Source: a virus (lineage: Duplodnaviria; Caudoviricetes). From it: DNA of 64,000 nucleotides. The stretch lies in the IMG/VR virus record IMGVR_UViG_3300009431_000002, positions 64,001-128,000 of that record; one strand, written 5' to 3'. The notes under the pieces are model-generated. The model was not told the origin of the DNA and ran no database searches. It saw nothing but the letters and a program-made list of their open reading frames with translations. The position numbers and the translations under genes are program-made. Below are positions 8,874 through 17,653 of this stretch, one piece after another. Every line of letters begins with the position of its first letter. Within the stretch, counting starts at the first letter, position 1.

Positions 8874-9330
8874 ACGGCTCCCTACGGGGAGACGTGGAGG
8901 GACCGCCACCTCCCGTTTACCTGTAGAAGTCCACCAGTCCCCCTCACTGACGGGATTCCAACTTCGTCACCAGTTGGAATACGCCACCACCACAACAAAA
9001 AAATTTGGTATCCAAGTTGAGACCGTCACTCTGACTCCCGGGGCCCCTTGTAGCGAAGGGGTACCCCAGATCATAGCTGCACGCCAATACGACGCAAAGA
9101 TGAACGAGCACTCGTGATAAGGGTGTTGTCGGCAGTCGTGGCTCGCCACCACGCAACGGCACGAGAGGCTTTGATTTTAGCCCGTGATTGCGCTGTTCGG
9201 CTGTAGGACACGTAGCGCTACGACCCGTACAGGGCCAACACAACTCCAGTTGGGTTTGCTGAAGGTTGAGCTAGGGCATGGATGACCCCTAGAAGGAAAC
9301 AACGCACTTGCTAGCAACCACGAGGGTTGG
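8874..9330 (+). ncRNA. candidate structured non-coding RNA, or origin-like region
   Basis: No credible ORF, lower GC; perfect or near-perfect stems at 8878-8891 (C-UACG-G loop), 8955-8980, 9040-9067, 9201-9232, 9271-9292; strand assumed from flanking transcription. Confidence 0.35.
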
Positions 9331-9446
9331 ACACAAGGGCCCACAAGGCACACGAGAGCATCGCCCTGTACCCCTACACACCACCTGCCCTCCTACAACA
9401 CCTCTTTGTGCGCGGCTGACCACGGCAAAGGGCATGACCGCAGGGT

Positions 9447-9482
9447 ATAAGGGGCCCGAACTTACTGAAGAAGGGAGAATCG
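9447..9482 (+). promoter_or_regulatory. ATAAGG-class promoter + RBS
   Basis: ATAAGG 9447-9452 lies 36 nt before ATG 9483, the same spacing as at 6078, 8237 and 23711. Confidence 0.55.
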
Positions 9483-9674
9483 ATGGATCACGACATCAAC
9501 GGGGTACTGCTGTGCCCCACCTGCATCCGCAGCACCTTCGAGCGCACACCGCCTGACCCCGTGGAGCGGGGTGTCTGCGGCCTGTGCGAGAAGGACACGG
9601 GCGTAGTCGCCCTGCCCTGCCCCACCGACGTCCCGTACCCCCACACCAGCTGCCTCCACCGGAGGACGCTGTGA
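9483..9674 (+). CDS. small Zn-binding protein
   Basis: CPTC...CGLC...C..H; RBS. Confidence 0.7.
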   Translation: MDHDINGVLLCPTCIRSTFERTPPDPVERGVCGLCEKDTGVVALPCPTDVPYPHTSCLHRRTL

Positions 9675-9943
9675 CCACCAATCCGTTCAAGGTCGGCGAC
9701 GTCATCGAGGGCTACGCAGGCGGCCTGTTCGGGCGAGACAGCTACAGCGACAAGCGCGTTGAGGCCGTCGGCCCGGACTGGTGTGTCCTGCGATCCCTGG
9801 ACCCCGATCACGACTACGGCCGCAGTGAGCGCGACCGCAAGCACGGCAGCGTGTTCTTGATCGACGCCGACGACTTCGAGCTTGCCATGGGACACAAGCA
9901 GGGCCCCAAGCGATGCACCGCCTGCGGGCACGAGGAGGAATGA
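9671..9943 (+). CDS. hypothetical protein
   Basis: GTGA overlap; FKVGDVIEGYAGGLFGRDSY..KRVEAVGPDWCV. Confidence 0.75.
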   Translation: MTTNPFKVGDVIEGYAGGLFGRDSYSDKRVEAVGPDWCVLRSLDPDHDYGRSERDRKHGSVFLIDADDFELAMGHKQGPKRCTACGHEEE

Positions 9944-10461
9944 TGAAGCCACACATGCTGATGCTCAGTCCCGAGCACACCGTCACCATCCGGTCCGAGC
10001 GCCTGCCCATGTCGGGCGAAGAGGCGACGGGCCGAGACCCCAAGCTGTCGAGAGCCGCCACCTACTACGTCTGCCGGGAGGTCGAGCGCATCTTCAACAA
10101 CGGCTCGCCGAGATCGCTCGAGCCCGCAGACCTCGAGGCCACGGTCACCTACGACGTGGGTGCCGATGCCCCGGTGGTCCTGCGCTTCCTCGAGGCGCGC
10201 ATGCCCCTGCTGCTGGTGGAGCCCAGCATCCGGCAGACCGACCTGCTCGTCACGGTGCCCGAGAACATCGTGCGCCACGGCGAGCGGGAGGCCTACCACC
10301 ACGACGCCGCCCGCCTGCTGGTCAACAACCTGGCCGAGTGCATCATGCCCGAGCACGTCGAGCTCCTGGACAACCGCACCGCCGAGCTCCTGGCCCTCAA
10401 GATGGGGTGCCAGGTCGGCGAGATCGCCGAGTGCCTCACCGACTACCGGAGCCAGCCATGA
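9940..10461 (+). CDS. hypothetical protein
   Basis: GAGGAGG RBS and ATGA overlap. Confidence 0.75.
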   Translation: MMKPHMLMLSPEHTVTIRSERLPMSGEEATGRDPKLSRAATYYVCREVERIFNNGSPRSLEPADLEATVTYDVGADAPVVLRFLEARMPLLLVEPSIRQTDLLVTVPENIVRHGEREAYHHDAARLLVNNLAECIMPEHVELLDNRTAELLALKMGCQVGEIAECLTDYRSQP

Positions 10462-10961
10462 CCTTCCAGGAGTGGCTGAGTCGAGAGGGTGCCTGCGATG
10501 ACGGCGTGACGTGGGTCGGCGGCAAGCCCTGGCGTGCAGCCTGGGAGGAGTGCCGGCTGCCTGCGTGGCTGTTCTGGCTGGCATGGAAGTGCGGCGCGCC
10601 CGACAAGGAGCTCTTCGAGGCCGCACTGATCCTGTGGACCGAAGAGCTCCGAGAGTCCGGGGACAAAGGCGCTGCGGCCCTGGAGTACATCGAGGACCTG
10701 CAGGCCCGCTCGAGCGAGAGCCTAGCACACGCCCGCGTGCGCGGCGACGAGCCGTACGTCACCTTCCGCTACGCGGTCCTCGGCACTCGACTTGACTGGT
10801 CCCTCGAGCCTCACACAGCGTTCATCGACCAGGGCGAGGACGACCTCCAGCAGGACGAGGAGCTGCACTTCTTCCTCGACATGGAGCGGGGCTTCTGCGA
10901 CCAGATCCGAGAGTTCTTCACCCACTACGTCGAGGAGGCTGACCTGCCATGCGCACCCTGA
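10458..10961 (+). CDS. hypothetical protein
   Basis: ATGA overlap; N-terminal WL...AC..G..W......W..C...WL.W pattern seen in phage ORFans. Confidence 0.75.
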   Translation: MTFQEWLSREGACDDGVTWVGGKPWRAAWEECRLPAWLFWLAWKCGAPDKELFEAALILWTEELRESGDKGAAALEYIEDLQARSSESLAHARVRGDEPYVTFRYAVLGTRLDWSLEPHTAFIDQGEDDLQQDEELHFFLDMERGFCDQIREFFTHYVEEADLPCAP

Positions 10962-11512
10962 CCATCCGTGTCGGCGCCATCCACTGCCGTGTCGAACTGC
11001 CGAAGGGCAGCTACGTCCTGTCCAGGTCCGCCCATCACGTGCTGGTGGGCGGTCTCACCCGTGCCCTGCAGGCACGACAGAGCCGCACCGCCGTCAGCGA
11101 GGTCCCGTTCAAGCTGACGACCGTCGAGGACGGCGGCATGCACCTCGCCACCACCGACAGCAGCCCCGTGTTCGTCGAGATCCCCGAGCTCACGCCCCTG
11201 AGCCACACCATCCACACCATCGAGGAGGCGGCCGCCCAGCTCGAACTGGAGTCTGAGCGGCTGCTGGAGCAGGCCGAGAAGCTCCGCATCCGCATCAACA
11301 CCCTGGCCCGGGAGCGGGAGGGCATCCGCCCCGCCACCAGGGAGGAGTGGGAGGGCAGCCTGGAGATGGAGCGGGAGGACGCCACGCACCCCTGCAACCA
11401 CCACGACCCAGACATCTGCGACTGCCGTGGCGCGTGCTCCTGCCACTGGCGCAAGGACCCGCCTGGCGACGGGCACAAGGGGTCCACTACCGAAGGAAGG
11501 GAGATCACGTGA
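10949..11512 (+). CDS. coiled-coil hypothetical protein with C/H-rich tail
   Basis: RBS; HPCNHH...CDC..ACSCH. Confidence 0.7.
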   Translation: MRTLTIRVGAIHCRVELPKGSYVLSRSAHHVLVGGLTRALQARQSRTAVSEVPFKLTTVEDGGMHLATTDSSPVFVEIPELTPLSHTIHTIEEAAAQLELESERLLEQAEKLRIRINTLAREREGIRPATREEWEGSLEMEREDATHPCNHHDPDICDCRGACSCHWRKDPPGDGHKGSTTEGREIT

Positions 11513-11922
11513 CCGCTGCCAATCCGAACATGCACTCCACCAACGTCTTCACGGGCGGGCGGATGCTCACCATCAACTACGAGGCCGCCGGCATCACCGA
11601 GTTCGCCCAAGCGCGGCTGGAGAAGGCCGCCATGGACGCCTTCGACTTGCCCAAGGGGACGCTCGACAAGGTCGTGAACTGGGTGCTCTCCTGGTCCCAC
11701 ACGGGCCAGACCGCCGCACTCGTCGCTGTCGCCATGTCCGGCCCCATCCACATCACGCCGCTGCCCGGCGTCGCCCTGCGCACCAAGTGGTTCCGCGCCA
11801 CCGAGGACCTCGTGGAGGAGCGGGACAACCTGGAGCGGACCGTCAAGGCCCTCGAGGACCACATCGTGGGCCACAAGGCCGAGATCGAGAAGCTCGACGA
11901 GCTGCTGCGGGAGGTCGTATGA
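11509..11922 (+). CDS. hypothetical protein
   Basis: GTGA overlap; C-terminal coiled coil. Confidence 0.75.
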   Translation: MTAANPNMHSTNVFTGGRMLTINYEAAGITEFAQARLEKAAMDAFDLPKGTLDKVVNWVLSWSHTGQTAALVAVAMSGPIHITPLPGVALRTKWFRATEDLVEERDNLERTVKALEDHIVGHKAEIEKLDELLREVV

Positions 11923-12845
11923 AGGCCGAGATGCTCCGACACGAGCTCGAGTTCCTGATGAAGTGGCGAGACATCGACTTCGGTGTCGTCGCAGACGAGG
12001 CCGGGACCTCGTGCCTCGGCACCACCATCCAGGCGTTCGTCCAGCACCCGTCTCGCTGCCCCACCCTGCCCGGCCGTGACCTCGGCCGACTCGAGCGCTG
12101 GTCGCTCCGTGAGCGGCTGGCCGAGAAGGTCGGCCTGTCGCTGGACAACACGCGCAAGGCGGCCGACAAGCTCGGTATTCAGTGGGACGACGTGGACGAC
12201 ATGGTCCAGCGCCGCATGATGCCCCGTGGGTGGATGGTCGTCCGCCTCTACCGGGCGATCCACCTCGAAATCAACGTGATCGGCCTCGCCAACACGGCGC
12301 TCGCTGTCGTCGCAACCGGCAAGCACGAACCCCACAGGCTCCGGGAGAAGTGGGGCCTGACCCAGGACGTGCTCCGCAGCCTGCGCAAGTTCGTCGCCGC
12401 GCCCACGGTGGGCTACAACCCCTCGCTGCAGACCATCCAGCGCCTGCAGAAGTTCGCGGGGGACAACGACAAGGCCCCGAGCCAGCTGTCGCTGACCCTC
12501 ACCGACATGCCGCAGCAGGCCGCCAAGCCGAAGAAGGCGGGCCGCGTGCCGCGGCGGGCGCCGGCCAGGGAGAGGCACGCCCAGCCCAAGCAGGCCATCC
12601 GCGGCGTGCCTGAGGGCCTCAGCGGCGAGTGCCTGCAGGTGGTGTTCCGCCTCGACGTCTCCGTCCGCACGAGCGAGACTGCCTTCGACCTCAGGGATGA
12701 GGAGGATCCGCGCGCCGGCGAGCACCACGAGCAGTTCGTCAGTGGCTACCTCAGCGGGGCGAAGGCCGCGCTCGAGGCCCTGGGGCACCGGGACGTGGTT
12801 GCTTCGGCCAACGAAACGTGCTGGATGCAGGTGCTGGTGCGCTGA
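11919..12845 (+). CDS. hypothetical protein, possible HTH/DNA-binding
   Basis: GGAGG RBS, ATGA overlap; GLTQDVL...YNPSLQTIQRL resembles an XRE-type HTH. Confidence 0.7.
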   Translation: MKAEMLRHELEFLMKWRDIDFGVVADEAGTSCLGTTIQAFVQHPSRCPTLPGRDLGRLERWSLRERLAEKVGLSLDNTRKAADKLGIQWDDVDDMVQRRMMPRGWMVVRLYRAIHLEINVIGLANTALAVVATGKHEPHRLREKWGLTQDVLRSLRKFVAAPTVGYNPSLQTIQRLQKFAGDNDKAPSQLSLTLTDMPQQAAKPKKAGRVPRRAPARERHAQPKQAIRGVPEGLSGECLQVVFRLDVSVRTSETAFDLRDEEDPRAGEHHEQFVSGYLSGAKAALEALGHRDVVASANETCWMQVLVR

Positions 12846-13228
12846 TGGCAGTCATCCACCCCTTCATGCACGTCCCCACGTTCCTGGCCAAGGTCCTCGA
12901 GGAGGTCGAGGTCGACCAGACGACGTGGGAGGCCATCGCCGACGAGATGGGGCTCACGCCCCAGGACCTCGAGGACCTCGTGGTGTGGTGCCAGTCCAAG
13001 CACAAGGACACCCACCGCTTCTGCTGCTTCATGCGCCGTGCGTTCGCGCACGACGTCGAGGAGTGGGGCGTCTTCAACCCCTACGCCGACGGCGAGGCCT
13101 TCCCCGAGGAATGGAAGGAGCCCGCCGACGCCATCCGTGATGGCTGGGAGCCCTACAGCCACTCCAACTCCTCCCTCGAGGACCCACCCTGTGTGATAGA
13201 ACGTGTCTTCCTGCGGAGGCCGTGCTGA
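12845..13228 (+). CDS. hypothetical protein
   Basis: TGATG coupling at both ends. Confidence 0.7.
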   Translation: MAVIHPFMHVPTFLAKVLEEVEVDQTTWEAIADEMGLTPQDLEDLVVWCQSKHKDTHRFCCFMRRAFAHDVEEWGVFNPYADGEAFPEEWKEPADAIRDGWEPYSHSNSSLEDPPCVIERVFLRRPC

Positions 13229-14478
13229 TGGAGCTGTCCGAGAAGAAGCAATCGCTGTTCGACCTCACCCGTGAGCTGCTGGACATCGCCTGGAAGGCCG
13301 ACAAGAAGTCACCGACGTCCGTGGCGCTCGCATGCCTCTCGTCCGTGGGGGCCATGAAGACCTACGTCCAGAGCCAGGACACGCTGCAGCGGCGGGTCAG
13401 GCGCCTCGGCGTGGAGGAGGAGTACACGGCGATGCGCTCCTTCCTCTACGAGGCGCTGGTCCGCATCTGCGGCCACCCCGAGGTGGACTGGGTGAGGGGC
13501 GACAACGAACTCCACCGCTTCGACCTCAACGGCACCCACGCCTACTTCCTCAAGGCCAAGAACGAGCCCGAGGTGAAGAACGGCGCCTACCTCTCCAACA
13601 AGGAGGCGTTCGGCCGGGTCTTCCGACGCATGTTCTGGGAGAAGCAGGGCGGCGACGCCGTCACCCTGCTCACACGCAAGCACCGCTGGATGACCTTCAT
13701 CGTCCCCCACCAGTGGGTCGGCGAGGCTGGGGCCGTGGTCGGCAAGCACGACCCCGAGACCCTGCTGGAGCGCCTGCAGCCCTTCCTCGACCGGGGCATC
13801 GGCTGCACCCTCCTCATCGCCGGGCAGCCCGGCACAGGCAAGACCTCGCTGGCCCGCCGTGTGGCGGGCACACGGGGCAAGGTCCTGCGCGTCACACCCG
13901 AGGCCATGGAGCACATCCCAGCGCCCACCTTCATCGAGATCGTGGAACTCACGGCGCCCGACGTCCTGCTGCTCGACGACTTCGACCGGGCCGGGAGCTG
14001 GTGGACCACCCGCTTCCTGGAGCAGATCGAGTCCCTCAACGAGCAGGCACGGTCGACCGGGAGGCTCGTCATCGCCACGGTGAACAGCCTCAAGTCCCTC
14101 GACAGCGCCCTGAAGCGGCCCGGCCGCTTCGACATGCTCGTCGTGGTGGACCTGCCTACGGCCACGGAGCGGCGTGCCATCCTGGCCCACTACCTCGAGA
14201 AGATGGGGGTCCGTGGTGTCACCCACCAACGGCTCGTGGCGCTGGGGCGCAAGACCAAGGGCATGCCCGGGGCCTACCTCGAGCTGCTCGCCGAGCGCAT
14301 CTCCATCTACGGCGTCGAGCACATCAACCGGGAGATGGCCGACATCAAGCAGCACTTCGAGCTGTGCCACGACTTCGAGGAGTCCAAGTACATCCACGAC
14401 CTACTCAGCGGCGCCCTAGCCAAGCAACGTGAGGAGGGCGGGAGCGAGAGCGGTCCGTCGACCGTGGAGAAGGCGTGA
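13228..14478 (+). CDS. AAA+ ATPase (classical AAA clade, FtsH/BCS1-like C-terminal domain)
   Basis: Walker A GQPGTGKT, Walker B LLLDDFD, second region of homology IATVN...LDSALKRPGRFD. Confidence 0.9.
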   Translation: MELSEKKQSLFDLTRELLDIAWKADKKSPTSVALACLSSVGAMKTYVQSQDTLQRRVRRLGVEEEYTAMRSFLYEALVRICGHPEVDWVRGDNELHRFDLNGTHAYFLKAKNEPEVKNGAYLSNKEAFGRVFRRMFWEKQGGDAVTLLTRKHRWMTFIVPHQWVGEAGAVVGKHDPETLLERLQPFLDRGIGCTLLIAGQPGTGKTSLARRVAGTRGKVLRVTPEAMEHIPAPTFIEIVELTAPDVLLLDDFDRAGSWWTTRFLEQIESLNEQARSTGRLVIATVNSLKSLDSALKRPGRFDMLVVVDLPTATERRAILAHYLEKMGVRGVTHQRLVALGRKTKGMPGAYLELLAERISIYGVEHINREMADIKQHFELCHDFEESKYIHDLLSGALAKQREEGGSESGPSTVEKA

Positions 14479-15107
14479 GCCCCCTGCCTCCAGACTTCGA
14501 CATCCTGCAGCACATCAACCTCGCCATCGTGCCCGAGGAGCGGCCCCGAGACGAGAATGGCCTGCTACTGGGCACAGCGAGGTTCTGGGTGGCGACGCAG
14601 GGCATGGCGAAGTTCAGCCGGCCCGAGCTGGAGATGCGCTACCTGCACTTCCTGTCCGTGCCCCAGGCCCTCCAGACCCTCGGCACCCTCGCCCACCACA
14701 GCGTGGCCGTGAACCCCATCCGGCCTGGTCAGCAGATCAAGGACGTGACGGGGTTCACCCCCTGCTACCTGCAGGGCGTGGCGACCGACAACCCCTTCTG
14801 GAAGGGCAAGGGCGTGCAGTGCGTGCGGCTCGTGGTCGTGCGCATCGAGTTCCACGCCTGCGGGCAGTGCGGCACCAAGAGCGGTGACGCAGCAGTGGGC
14901 GAGGGCATCGCCGTCGACCCAGAGTTCATGTCCGCCTTGGTGCTGGTCCACGGCCTCGGCTGTCCCGACGACGAGCAGGACGCCGTGGACTTCTGGGCGC
15001 CCATCCTCGCCGACACGTTCCCCTGGCCAGACGACAAGATCGAGCGGCTGTGCCGCACGATCCACCGCAACATCGTTGCGAAGCACGGTGAGTCCGGGGG
15101 AGGATGA
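14475..15107 (+). CDS. hypothetical protein (DUF4261/SUFU-like, tentative)
   Basis: ATQGMAKFSRPELEM...IRPGQQI pattern; CGQCG. Confidence 0.6.
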   Translation: MSPLPPDFDILQHINLAIVPEERPRDENGLLLGTARFWVATQGMAKFSRPELEMRYLHFLSVPQALQTLGTLAHHSVAVNPIRPGQQIKDVTGFTPCYLQGVATDNPFWKGKGVQCVRLVVVRIEFHACGQCGTKSGDAAVGEGIAVDPEFMSALVLVHGLGCPDDEQDAVDFWAPILADTFPWPDDKIERLCRTIHRNIVAKHGESGGG

Positions 15108-15136
15108 ATTTCGACCCGGGGCTACTGCACGACGAT

Positions 15137-15478
15137 TCAGCGGCGGCCCCGATTGGAGCTCCCCTCTTGGCGCTTCGGCGCACGGGGACCCCCTCCCCCG
15201 GGTGAGGGAGGGGAGCTCCTCTTTAGCCTGGGAAGCTGCAGCATCTTGAGCATCAGGGCAGCGAGGCCCGGACGCTTCTTCTCCGGTGGCGTGCAGATCC
15301 GCAGCCTGTCCCCGGGCTTGGGCGTGCGGTGGGTCGGGAACCGCACCCACGTACTGCCGTTCCACACCTGGACGCCGAACTTGGCCGCCTCAGGCATCCA
15401 GCCGAGCTGGTGCAGGACGAGGTTCAGCGGCCGCGCAGGGATCTCACGGGTCTGCCCACGGTTCGTGATGGTCGTCAT
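15137..15478 (-). CDS. hypothetical protein
   Basis: ATGA overlap with upstream gene; last gene of the leftward operon. Confidence 0.55.
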   Translation of the reverse strand: MTTITNRGQTREIPARPLNLVLHQLGWMPEAAKFGVQVWNGSTWVRFPTHRTPKPGDRLRICTPPEKKRPGLAALMLKMLQLPRLKRSSPPSPGGGGPRAPKRQEGSSNRGRR

Positions 15479-15687
15479 GCCTCGGCTGCCCCGGGGTAGA
15501 GGTGATCGAGGAGCTCGGGATGCAGCCGCAGGAGGTTGACGAGCGCCGGGGCGAAGGTCGCTGCCGCCAGGCGCGCCGCCAGGTCCTCGGCGAAGCCCTC
15601 GGGGCAGTCGTCGATGGTCTCCTGCAGCGTACGCTCCAGCAGTGGCGACACTGTGTCGGCGAACGCCGTGTGCAGGGGGTCGGTCAT
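15475..15687 (-). CDS. small hypothetical protein
   Basis: Coupled ATGA overlaps. Confidence 0.65.
   Translation of the reverse strand: MTDPLHTAFADTVSPLLERTLQETIDDCPEGFAEDLAARLAAATFAPALVNLLRLHPELLDHLYPGAAEA
15646..15658. repeat. CGACAC-W-GTGTCG palindrome (intragenic)
   Basis: CGACACTGTGTCG read directly. Confidence 0.7.
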
Positions 15688-16022
15688 CGTAGTCCGAACG
15701 CATCCGGGTGCAGGGCGAACCCGTTGACGTACTGGCCGGTCGAGTCCTCGAGGGTCAGGTAGAGGATCACGTCCTCCACGTTGAAGCCCACCTGGATGTC
15801 GCCGTTGATCACACGCTCCAGGTAGGACGTGACGGCCTCTGCGAGGGCCTTGGGCTCTGCGATGTGGCCCTCGTCCGTGAGCTTGAAGGCCGGCAGCACG
15901 TCTCGCTCGAGCAACCGCCGCACATGGAGTGAACGAACCTCACCAGCGGGCATGCGCTGGTCAACAGCGCCGCCGTCGATGGCAACTACCTTCCTGGGCG
16001 CAGGCTCAGGACGTGTCCGCAT
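15684..16022 (-). CDS. hypothetical protein
   Basis: GGAGGTG RBS; coupled. Confidence 0.65.
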   Translation of the reverse strand: MRTRPEPAPRKVVAIDGGAVDQRMPAGEVRSLHVRRLLERDVLPAFKLTDEGHIAEPKALAEAVTSYLERVINGDIQVGFNVEDVILYLTLEDSTGQYVNGFALHPDAFGLR

Positions 16023-16025
16023 GAG

Positions 16026-17021
16026 CTACACCTCCACTTCGGGGGTTTCTGGAACACCCACCGCTTCATCATCCCGCCGCACTGAGGGCATCGGCGCGTC
16101 ACCGGCGCGCCTTTCCGGCATCACCCCCGTGGGAGCGGGCGCTTCGTCCGTCGTTTCTTGCTTCGCACTGGCTCTCCTTGCGTTGCGGGCGGCCAACCTG
16201 TCGCTGAACGATGTCGGCAGCCTCGTCGGCGCCACCGCAGGGCCTGCGGGACGCCTCGGGGTCACTGTAGCAGGGTTCTGGACGTCCACGTCGGCCAAAC
16301 GAGCCCGTTCAGCCCTCTGTAGGCGTGCCCGACGGGCCCTGTCGGCCGTCGTGAGGCCGCGGAAGGCACTCCCACGGCCGTAGATGGCCCCCAAGGTGTC
16401 CACAGGGACGCCTTTGAAGCCTCGACCGAGCATCTCGGCGACCAGACGCTGGTCCTCACCACGTCCAGGGGTCCACCAGATGCCCGACTTGGCCCCCACG
16501 ACGCCTGCGCGGTGCATCAACTCGTCCGGGATGACCGTCCCGAGCTGCCAGGGGATGCCCGGACCGAACTTGGGCTCGGCCACGAGCCGCTCGTGGACCG
16601 AGTTCTCCCAGTCCGGGCCCTGGTTGCGCACGAACATGGTCCTGGACCAGCAGAAGTCGATGTCTGGGCGGGCGTCCATCACCTTCACCCGGTGCTCGAG
16701 GGCCCAGGGGGTCATCACGTCGTCGTCATCGAGGTAGGCGATGTACTTGCCCTTGGCGATCTTGACGCCCTCGTTGCGCTGCAGGCCCCCTGAGATGCCC
16801 AGGGCCACTGGGAGCCGCAGAACACGCAGCCTGGGGTCGTACTTGCGCAGGATCTCGAGGATGTCGGCCGTGTGGTCGGTCGTGGCGTCGTCGACGACAA
16901 TCACCTCGATGTCCTGCAGCGTCTGGCCGAGGCACGAGAGCACGGCGCCCGCCATGATGCGGTCGCGTGACTCGCCCGGCGGGCCTCCAGTGGGGATGAT
17001 GACGCTGGCTACGACGTTCAA
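16026..17021 (-). CDS. glycosyltransferase family 2 (GT-A)
   Basis: SVIIPT...EVIVVDDATTD...QRNEGVKIAKGKYIAYLDDDD; TTG start overlaps the upstream stop. Confidence 0.9.
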   Translation of the reverse strand: MNVVASVIIPTGGPPGESRDRIMAGAVLSCLGQTLQDIEVIVVDDATTDHTADILEILRKYDPRLRVLRLPVALGISGGLQRNEGVKIAKGKYIAYLDDDDVMTPWALEHRVKVMDARPDIDFCWSRTMFVRNQGPDWENSVHERLVAEPKFGPGIPWQLGTVIPDELMHRAGVVGAKSGIWWTPGRGEDQRLVAEMLGRGFKGVPVDTLGAIYGRGSAFRGLTTADRARRARLQRAERARLADVDVQNPATVTPRRPAGPAVAPTRLPTSFSDRLAARNARRASAKQETTDEAPAPTGVMPERRAGDAPMPSVRRDDEAVGVPETPEVEV

Positions 17022-17653
17022 CGAGCTCTCCTGGTGCGCGCCGGCTGCCGGCGGCCGCGCTGGGGTGGGCCAGCTTGGCCGGCCCGGCGGAAGACCAGGA
17101 GGTTGTCGCAGAAGTAGTGCACCACGCCCTTGGAGCGCCAGTCGCGGACCCACCGCTGCATCACGGTGGTCTGCAGCTGGAACCCTCGACGCTCGAAGTG
17201 CCCGATCCAGTGGTCCGCGGGCATGAGATTGACGTGGTGGTGGCCGGGCTGTCCAGGAGGGGCGGCCGAGAAGACCAGCCAGTCCTTGGCGTGCCGCGCG
17301 ATGGTGTGGCAGGCGATGTCCGCCGTGTGGGCGGGCAGGTGCTCCAAGACCTCCATGCAGATGACCACGTCGACCTGCAGCCGGAGGTCCAGAGCCCTGG
17401 TGAGGTCGTGGATGTGGACCGGAGTGCCGGGATCCGCGAAGTCGAGGGCATGCGACGAGCCGTCGACGCCTGCGGCATCGCACCTGCGCTTGCGCAAGGC
17501 GTTGATGACACCGCAGGGGCCGCAGCCGATGTCCAGGGCGACCTTCGGCTTGATGTGCCGGGCGATGGTGTCGGCGATGACCACGGAGGAGTGCCGCTCC
17601 GTGGCGGCCACGGCCTCCATCCACTCCTTCGTGTACAGGTCGTTGAGGCTCAT
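17018..17653 (-). CDS. class I SAM-dependent methyltransferase
   Basis: ALDIGCGPCG motif I; GVDGS; DVVICMEVLEHL; HINL-like HHVNL. Confidence 0.85.
   Translation of the reverse strand: MSLNDLYTKEWMEAVAATERHSSVVIADTIARHIKPKVALDIGCGPCGVINALRKRRCDAAGVDGSSHALDFADPGTPVHIHDLTRALDLRLQVDVVICMEVLEHLPAHTADIACHTIARHAKDWLVFSAAPPGQPGHHHVNLMPADHWIGHFERRGFQLQTTVMQRWVRDWRSKGVVHYFCDNLLVFRRAGQAGPPQRGRRQPARTRRAR

Noticed and set aside
8926-8936. TCCACCA resembling a tRNA-Ala/tmRNA 3' end
   Set aside because: No T-loop (GTTCRA) upstream and no complementary acceptor 5' strand found, so it is not called as a tRNA or tmRNA feature and is kept only as a weak hypothesis.
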